Below the pieces are notes generated by a model. The model was given only the letters and a program-made list of their open reading frames with translations, searched no databases and had not been told where the DNA came from. From positions 21,836 through 85,835 of the forward strand of contig JAPLYZ010000006.1 in NCBI GenBank assembly GCA_026395295.1: a stretch of 64,000 bases of DNA. Direction: 5' to 3'. Below are positions 58,007 through 64,000 of the stretch, piece by piece. Source of the stretch: Candidatus Staskawiczbacteria bacterium. Lineage in GTDB: Bacteria > Patescibacteriota > Minisyncoccia > Minisyncoccales > Staskawiczbacteraceae. The position numbers were made by a program, and so were the translations under genes. Each line of letters starts with the position of its first letter. The first letter of the stretch is position 1.

Positions 58007-58112
58007 CGGCGAAGTAATTTTCGGCTAAACCTCGGATGAGAAATCTCGCAAAACAATTTTGCGTGGAATCTCATCGCGGGGTTCTTTTTTTGTATTAATT
58101 ATTTATGTCATC

Positions 58113-58766
58113 CTCTCGGTAAAAACTACGCCATGGCGTAGTTTTTACCGAGACTGGATTTGTGGTATAATGAATATATGAGCAATACAAGAGAAAAGAT
58201 ATTATTACTTTTGTTGGGAGGGTTAGCTTTTGGTTGTAGTTATACGTCTCGAAATCAGTGGAGAATATTACGAACCGTCTCACGGGAGTGGAAAAAATTA
58301 GATCAAAAAGAATTAAGAGAGGGAATAACATATTTGTATAGATTGGGGGTTCTCGATAGAGAAGAAAATAGTGATGGAATTTTTAAAGTTTCATTAACAG
58401 AAAAGGGTAAATTAAAGGCGTTAAATTGTCGGCTTAACAGTATAAAAAATAAAGAAATAAAATGGGATAAGAAATGGAGGATGGTTTCTTTTGATGTCCC
58501 TCAAAAGTTTAAAAAAGAAAGGGATGTCTTGCGCAGAAAATTAAAAAAGATTGGATTTTGTGAATTGCAAAAGAGTGTTTTTATAACTCCTTTTGATTGC
58601 AAGGAGGAAATAGAGGATTTAGTTAAGCGCTTTGAATTGGACGAATACGTCCGTTTCGGAATTTTAGAGTATATTGACAGAGAGGGCTATTTCAGAAAAT
58701 TTTTCAAGGTAAATTAAATGACTCTCGGTAAAAACTACGCCATGGCGTAGTTTTTACCGAGACTGG
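58113..58766. repeat. 45-bp identical direct repeats, each a perfect 40-bp palindrome, bracketing the PaaX-like gene
   Basis: CTCTCGGTAAAAACTACGCCATGGCGTAGTTTTTACCGAGACTGG at 58113-58157 and 58722-58766. Confidence 0.95.
58178..58717 (+). CDS. PaaX-like protein (wHTH + Cas2-like domain) 2
   Basis: VSLTEKGK wing; WDKKWRMVSFDVPQ...RDVLRRKLKKIGFCELQKSVF; ATG 7 nt after TGGTATAAT. Confidence 0.85.
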   Translation: MSNTREKILLLLLGGLAFGCSYTSRNQWRILRTVSREWKKLDQKELREGITYLYRLGVLDREENSDGIFKVSLTEKGKLKALNCRLNSIKNKEIKWDKKWRMVSFDVPQKFKKERDVLRRKLKKIGFCELQKSVFITPFDCKEEIEDLVKRFELDEYVRFGILEYIDREGYFRKFFKVN

Positions 58767-58770
58767 CGTT

Positions 58771-59460
58771 ATGAACTATCCGAATTTTGAAGAGGAAAAA
58801 AAATTATGGAAAAAAGGGTATAAATTTGTTGTTGGTTTAGATGAGGCAGGCAGGGGGCCTTTAGCTGGTCCGGTTGTTGCTGGCGCGGTTATCATAAATC
58901 CGAAGCACGAAATGCGAAACCCGAAACAATATCGAATTTCGAGTTTAGGTATAAGGGATTCTAAACAGTTGTCAGAAAAGCAGCGAGAACGTTTGTTCAA
59001 ATTTTTGACTCGGCACCAAGATATTAGATGGGGGATTGGCATTGTTTCGGAAAAAATAATTGATAAAATCAACATTTTGGAGGCGACAAAACTGGCAATG
59101 CAGAAAGCAGTAGAGAATTTAAAAAAAGATGGGTGGGTTCATAATTCACGCTATCGCGCGAAAAGTGAACCTGGTGTAAAAGTGGATTTTTTGTTAATTG
59201 ATGGGAATTTTAGGATAAAATCTAATGTTCCTCAGAAATCCATTATTAAAGGAGACCAAAAAGTTGTTTCAATTTCGGCGGCGAGCATAATTGCCAAAGT
59301 TACCAGGGACAGAATAATGAAAAAAATTCATAAAAAATACCCGCAGTATAATTTTGCAAAGCACAAAGGGTATCCAACAAAGTTGCACAGAGAAATGATA
59401 AAAAAATTTGGAATTTGTCCTATCCACAGAAAGTCTTTTTATCCTATATCGTCAATGTGA
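58771..59460 (+). CDS. rnhB: Ribonuclease HII
   Basis: GLDEAGRGPLAGPV, DSKQL, AASIIAKVTRD, HKGYPT. Confidence 0.95.
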   Translation: MNYPNFEEEKKLWKKGYKFVVGLDEAGRGPLAGPVVAGAVIINPKHEMRNPKQYRISSLGIRDSKQLSEKQRERLFKFLTRHQDIRWGIGIVSEKIIDKINILEATKLAMQKAVENLKKDGWVHNSRYRAKSEPGVKVDFLLIDGNFRIKSNVPQKSIIKGDQKVVSISAASIIAKVTRDRIMKKIHKKYPQYNFAKHKGYPTKLHREMIKKFGICPIHRKSFYPISSM

Positions 59461-59470
59461 ATATTAACTA

Positions 59471-59498
59471 AAAAACTGCCCCGTTGCCGGGGCAGTTT
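59471..59498. terminator. Bidirectional terminator
   Basis: AAAACTGCCCCG-ttgc-CGGGGCAGTTTT. Confidence 0.75.
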
Positions 59499-59509
59499 TG
59501 GTTTATTCT

Positions 59510-60187
59510 CTACTGAAACGGCGAGATCTCTTTCCACGTCGGCGTAGTCAGGTTTGTCTTCACGGTCACGTTATTGAGGTAGCTGGTGCTACAGCAGTAG
59601 GTTCCGGGACTGTCGCAAACTTGCAGGTTGGCAGTCTTTGTTCCTACGGTAGAGTAGAGATGAGTAACAGAGCTTGCCTTGCAACTGGCATCTCCTGCGC
59701 TGTCGCAAGTGGCGCCGTCTCCATAGCTCCAGAGATATGTTCGGTTGCCGTTTGTTACGCAAGACTGGGCAGTGTTGCTTGCGTCGTAGCAGATTGAAGT
59801 GTCTTTGAAGGTAACAGGACGACCCAGCAGAACATTGGCGGGGTCAAGCGTGAATGACGGGCTCGGCCATGATTTAGTTGCCGTTGCAAAGTATGTGCCG
59901 GGCATAGTTGTAGTTGTTCCTCCGTAATACCATGTGGCAGAACTACACGGATGGGTCGCGTCGCACGCTCTTACTCGCCAGTAGTATCGAAGAGTGCCTG
60001 TAGTGTTGTAGAGTAATTCATTTTTTGTCCCCGGGTTGATGCTATTGATGTGAACAGGTCCTGTAATGACCGAAGGGTTGAAAGTTCCGCTAGGATAACC
60101 CTGTGTACTGCTGGCAAAGTAGTCTATAGAAGAGAACGTACTACTTTGTGACACTTGCAAATCAAATCCTGCGCTAGAATCGCACAA
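59510..60187 (-). CDS. PKD-domain C-terminal part of the large surface protein (out of frame with it)
   Basis: YYWRVRAC; YLWSYGDG...HLYSTVGTKTANL; ends WKEISPFQ; no clear own start. Confidence 0.6.
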   Translation of the reverse strand: MCDSSAGFDLQVSQSSTFSSIDYFASSTQGYPSGTFNPSVITGPVHINSINPGTKNELLYNTTGTLRYYWRVRACDATHPCSSATWYYGGTTTTMPGTYFATATKSWPSPSFTLDPANVLLGRPVTFKDTSICYDASNTAQSCVTNGNRTYLWSYGDGATCDSAGDASCKASSVTHLYSTVGTKTANLQVCDSPGTYCCSTSYLNNVTVKTNLTTPTWKEISPFQ

Positions 60188-63100
60188 TTAAGATTTATCC
60201 AGCCTGTTACAGCACTGCTATAAGTGTTGTCGTAAACAGAGTCGCTTCCGCCCCAACCCCATTTGCTAAGTTCGGCAGGTGATGTGCTTGGACCAATGAG
60301 GGTATTTTGTAGTTTTATCCAGCCACCCCATGCCCCTCTGTTGGAATTTAATAACGTTCCGCTACAAGCAGTTTGGTCGCTGAAGACAGAACAAGCTCTT
60401 GCCCAGCCGGTGACAGTGTAATCTCCTGCGCCATCGCAGGCTTGTCCTGCGTCAGGCAGGTCAACACAAGCTGGATAGTTTGGAACGTCCGGATAAGGAC
60501 TGACAGGAGAAAATCTTATCCAGCCAATGTTCTCTGACCAGCCATAACCGGAAAGATAGCCGTTTGGTTCAATGTTAACTCCATAGCTAACTGCTCCTCC
60601 ACCACCAGTGACACCGCCGTAAGAAGTGTTGTTAAGACTTATCCAACCAATGTTTTCTGACCACGCCCAGCCATAAACATTGTGCGATGTTCCGCCAGTG
60701 CTGTTGTTCCAGGATAGATTAAAACTGCTGGTTTTTGAATTTCCGGCGTTGTCAGTGACAGTCAGGCTTATAGAATAATTACCTTGTGCGTTCGCCGAAA
60801 TTAATGTGTCTTCCGTGTTTGGAGAGCTGAAAGTAATTGCGCCTGGTCCCGAAACCTTTGCCCAAGTATACGAAGCAATTCCGCTTTCTGCATCGCTTGT
60901 TGTAGCGTCCTCAAAGAATTGATCCATTTCGGTTCTGTCAGCCCCAACAATCACCGTTGGAGCCACGGTGTCTATTCTGATCATTCCCGAGCTGGCTGTT
61001 TCGCTATTGCCGGCATTATTTGTTGAAAAAAATCTGATGTATGAAGTGTTAAGCGTTGAAATAGCAACAGGTGTTGAGTAGGTTGTTGCTGGAGCGCACG
61101 TGTTGTTTGTGTCATTGCAGTATTTTGTTGTTGCGCAACCCGAGAGTAAATCACTGCAAGCCAGAGTAATTAGGATGTTGGTTTGATTGGTCCAGTTCCC
61201 GAAGGTATAAGCAGTTCCTCCTGCCGTGGCTGTGGCAGAAGTGGATGGACCAGAGGTTTGCCTGTTAATTGTTTTTGAATTAGTTGTCTCGTTATTTCCA
61301 GCGCTGTCTGTTGAATAGAATCTGAAGTATGAAGTTCCAAGCGTTGTAACGGTTACTGGTCCTGCATAAGGAGTTGCTGGCGTACAGCTGGAACCACTGG
61401 TGCAGTAATATGTGTTGGCGCAATTTGAGCCCGAATCATCGCTGCAAGTTAAAGTAACTACAACGCTAGATTGATTGGTCCAATTTCCGAAAGTGTAGCT
61501 GGTTCCTCCTGCCGTGGCTGTGGCAGAAGTGGAGGGAGGGGTTACGTCATAGAAAAAACTTGATGAGGCTCCAGCCCAACTAGTGCCGGAAGTATTGGTT
61601 GCTTTTGCCGAAAAATAATATCTGGTGCCAGAAATCAGGCCAGTAATGTTTTTAGAAAAAGTAGCAGCTGTTTGGGGTTGGCTTGGGCTGGTTGGAATGG
61701 AAGAATAGTCCCAATTTGCAGGAGTTTGTCCTCCATCAGTTGTTCCCCAATAGAAAGTGACAGTTGGGTTGGCCGCGCCGACTGAAGTAATACTTCCGTT
61801 CAGTGTAGCGTTGCCTGATGATATGTTAGTCGCCGGGCTTAATGTAATAGTGGGAGGCAAGGTATATTTTTTTACAATGTATTGCAAAGCAAATCCTGTA
61901 AAGTCTCCGAAAGTATAAGGCTCGGTTCCAACACTATGGGTCGGTCCTACTTTAGTTCCAGACGAATCAAGTTTTGTAACATTAGAACTGCCAAAATCAC
62001 CAGTCCAAACATTTCCCGAGGCATCAATAGCGGCTCCATAAAGAGTATATCCGACATAATACGGCGTTCCTATAGCAACTCCATTGGAGTCAATCTTTCT
62101 TATAGTGCCGTCATAATAACTGGCAATCCAAACATTTCCCGAGGCATCAACGGCAAGTCCCTGTGTATAATCTCCAGCATATGATGCCAATAGTCTAGTT
62201 CCATTGGAATCGCTAGGACTGAACTTTGCAATATTATAAGGACCATAAAAATAATTGGCAACCCATATATATCCCGACTTATCAACGGCAATTCCGTATG
62301 GATGACCTCCGGCGCTACCGGCGGGAGTTGTAAATACCTTGGTCCTATTGGGATTTAGTTTTGTTATATTATCACTGCCAGAATTAGCAACCCATATATA
62401 TCCGGATCCATCTACAGCAATTCCGTAAGGGCCGGTTCCAACAACACCGGCGGTGGTTGTTCCTAAAATAGTTCTACTGGTAGGGTTAATCTCTGTAACG
62501 GTGTTACTAGCGGAATTGGTAACCCATACATATCCATTGTTATCTATAGCAATTCCCTGAGGCTGGGTTCCAACAGCATATGGTGATCCTGTGACGGGTG
62601 TTCCATTGGAGTCAAGTTCTGTGACGGTGTTATCGCCCCAATTGGCAACCCAAACATTTCCGGAGTCATCAACTGCAACTCCAACGGGATTTAATCCGAC
62701 GGGATATGTTCCCAACGTATTTCCCATGGAATCAAGTTTTGTGACAGTGTTATCATTGTAATTAGCTATCCAAATATAAGGAGTCAAAACAGAGGTGGTG
62801 TGAATCACCAATGCTTTGTTGTAGCCCAAAGAGCCGGTGGTTCCTGGAACCGGCAATGTTAGCGTGGCAGAGTTTCCCGCAGCGTCTTTTATTGTTCCCG
62901 CAAGCGCGGTTGTGGAAGCGTAGTCCAAATCAGAAGAAGTGTTGTTGGCGCCAACAGTGTAATTGAATGTGAGATTAGCAGAGTTTGAGCCGGATGCGTA
63001 ATTTACCGCGGTGGTTACAGGATTTCCTGTTGATAAGGTGAGTTGAGGGGTTCCGGTGACAAGAACAGTTTCGCTGAAGGTTGCTTGTATAGAAATCACG

Positions 63101-63999
63101 CCCCCAGCCTTATACCAGCCGTTAGCAGTAGAGGAAGTAACGTTGGTAATTGTTGGTGCAGTGGTGTCAATGGTTATTGTAAGCGCCGAAGAAGCGGGCG
63201 AAGTAGAACTGGATAAAGTTTGTGTTGCAGTTATGGAGTAAACTCCGGAAGAAAGCGCGGAGGAGGTAATTGTAACAGTGCTTGACGTGCAAGTTCCGGT
63301 GCCCACAGAACTTGCGTTGGCATACAAAGTGACGGTGTCTCCTGTCGCGCAGGAAATAGTAAAAGCGGGGGTAGGATTGGAAGTCATATTATCGGTACTG
63401 GAAGAACCAGTATCGCTGGCGGTAGTGAGATCCGGGATTCCCGGAGCAACTGGCATGCTCTTAGGGTGTGCGCTGGGGGCTTGGCCTACGAAATTTTGCA
63501 AGGCAAATCCGGTGAAGTCTCCCAAGGAATTAGGAGTAGCTCCGACGCTAAAAGTTCCTATTGAATTTCCAGATGAGTCAAGTTCTGTGACATCATTGCT
63601 AAAATCATTAACCACCCACACGTTTCCGGAACCATCAATTGCAATTCCTATGGGGTGATCTCCAACAGGATATGTCCCCAGAATATTTCCCGAGGAATCA
63701 AATTCCGTAACACTACTGCTTAAATCATTGGCAGTCCACACATTTCCGGAACCATCAACTGCAATGCCGTAAAGCCCGGAACCGCCTGCAGGATATGTTC
63801 CCAGAACGTTTCCCGAGTTATCAAGTTCTGTAACGTCGTCGCTGCCATAATTAGCCACCCATATATTATTTAAAGCATCAACCGCTATTCCAATTGGCCA
63901 AGTTCCAACAGAGTATGTTCCTAAAATGTTTCCTAAATGGTCAAGCTTAGTAACATCACTGCTTCGGTCGTTAGCAATCCAAACATTTCCAGTGTTGTC
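60124..63999 (-). CDS. Large surface protein with NHL-like beta-propeller repeats and Ig-like domains; start lies beyond the window
   Basis: Frame open to the window end; many GIAVDGSGNVWVAN repeats; DTTAPT Ig linkers; GWAWSENIGWISL motif. Confidence 0.85.
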   Translation of the reverse strand, partial: DNTGNVWIANDRSSDVTKLDHLGNILGTYSVGTWPIGIAVDALNNIWVANYGSDDVTELDNSGNVLGTYPAGGSGLYGIAVDGSGNVWTANDLSSSVTEFDSSGNILGTYPVGDHPIGIAIDGSGNVWVVNDFSNDVTELDSSGNSIGTFSVGATPNSLGDFTGFALQNFVGQAPSAHPKSMPVAPGIPDLTTASDTGSSSTDNMTSNPTPAFTISCATGDTVTLYANASSVGTGTCTSSTVTITSSALSSGVYSITATQTLSSSTSPASSALTITIDTTAPTITNVTSSTANGWYKAGGVISIQATFSETVLVTGTPQLTLSTGNPVTTAVNYASGSNSANLTFNYTVGANNTSSDLDYASTTALAGTIKDAAGNSATLTLPVPGTTGSLGYNKALVIHTTSVLTPYIWIANYNDNTVTKLDSMGNTLGTYPVGLNPVGVAVDDSGNVWVANWGDNTVTELDSNGTPVTGSPYAVGTQPQGIAIDNNGYVWVTNSASNTVTEINPTSRTILGTTTAGVVGTGPYGIAVDGSGYIWVANSGSDNITKLNPNRTKVFTTPAGSAGGHPYGIAVDKSGYIWVANYFYGPYNIAKFSPSDSNGTRLLASYAGDYTQGLAVDASGNVWIASYYDGTIRKIDSNGVAIGTPYYVGYTLYGAAIDASGNVWTGDFGSSNVTKLDSSGTKVGPTHSVGTEPYTFGDFTGFALQYIVKKYTLPPTITLSPATNISSGNATLNGSITSVGAANPTVTFYWGTTDGGQTPANWDYSSIPTSPSQPQTAATFSKNITGLISGTRYYFSAKATNTSGTSWAGASSSFFYDVTPPSTSATATAGGTSYTFGNWTNQSSVVVTLTCSDDSGSNCANTYYCTSGSSCTPATPYAGPVTVTTLGTSYFRFYSTDSAGNNETTNSKTINRQTSGPSTSATATAGGTAYTFGNWTNQTNILITLACSDLLSGCATTKYCNDTNNTCAPATTYSTPVAISTLNTSYIRFFSTNNAGNSETASSGMIRIDTVAPTVIVGADRTEMDQFFEDATTSDAESGIASYTWAKVSGPGAITFSSPNTEDTLISANAQGNYSISLTVTDNAGNSKTSSFNLSWNNSTGGTSHNVYGWAWSENIGWISLNNTSYGGVTGGGGAVSYGVNIEPNGYLSGYGWSENIGWIRFSPVSPYPDVPNYPACVDLPDAGQACDGAGDYTVTGWARACSVFSDQTACSGTLLNSNRGAWGGWIKLQNTLIGPSTSPAELSKWGWGGSDSVYDNTYSSAVTGWINLNCAILAQDLICKCHKVVRSLL

Positions 64000-64000
64000 T

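Noticed and set aside
53032..58766. CRISPR-Cas locus (Cas2-like proteins plus palindromic repeats)
   Set aside because: Only 2-3 repeats about 600 bp apart that enclose genes; no cas1 or effector; the proteins carry an N-terminal wHTH (PaaX-type)
61183..61533. DGR template/variable repeat pair
   Set aside because: Both copies are in-frame domain repeats with differences not limited to adenines; no reverse transcriptase in the window
457..63658. Numerous antisense or nested ORFs from the six-frame track (e.g. 7089-7505, 15637-16149, 21721-22236, 56825-57349)
   Set aside because: They overlap confidently assigned genes and lack recognisable motifs

Overview
AT-rich bacterial chromosome segment whose gene content and style point to a Patescibacteria/CPR (Parcubacteria-like) genome. 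This assignment is inferred from a single-chain PheRS, rplK without rplA, near-leaderless promoters and PaaX/Cas2-like genes. Housekeeping genes (rhlE, pheS, gyrB, secE-nusG-rplK, tmk-thyA-folA, gatB, miaA/miaB, thrS, dnaE, rnhB) are interleaved with accessory modules. These include an MTase/nuclease/four-HTH/TIGR02391 block, an ars operon, a LexA-headed restriction-modification block and several surface proteins. Three patterns not explained by gene annotation stand out. (1) Nine stand-alone, mostly GC-richer units share one architecture: sigma70 promoter with 17-bp spacer, a boxA-like 12-mer usually 7-8 nt after the -10, ORF(s), intrinsic terminator. (2) Two wHTH+Cas2-like (PaaX-type) genes are each bracketed by their own long palindromes, and both lie next to those units. 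(3) The folA 3' end is duplicated twice, each copy coupled to a 20-bp palindrome, delimiting HAD and HD+HTH gene cassettes. Short palindromic elements are also inserted in-frame in gatB, pheS and rnhB and at the thyA start. No tRNA, rRNA or CRISPR array was seen.
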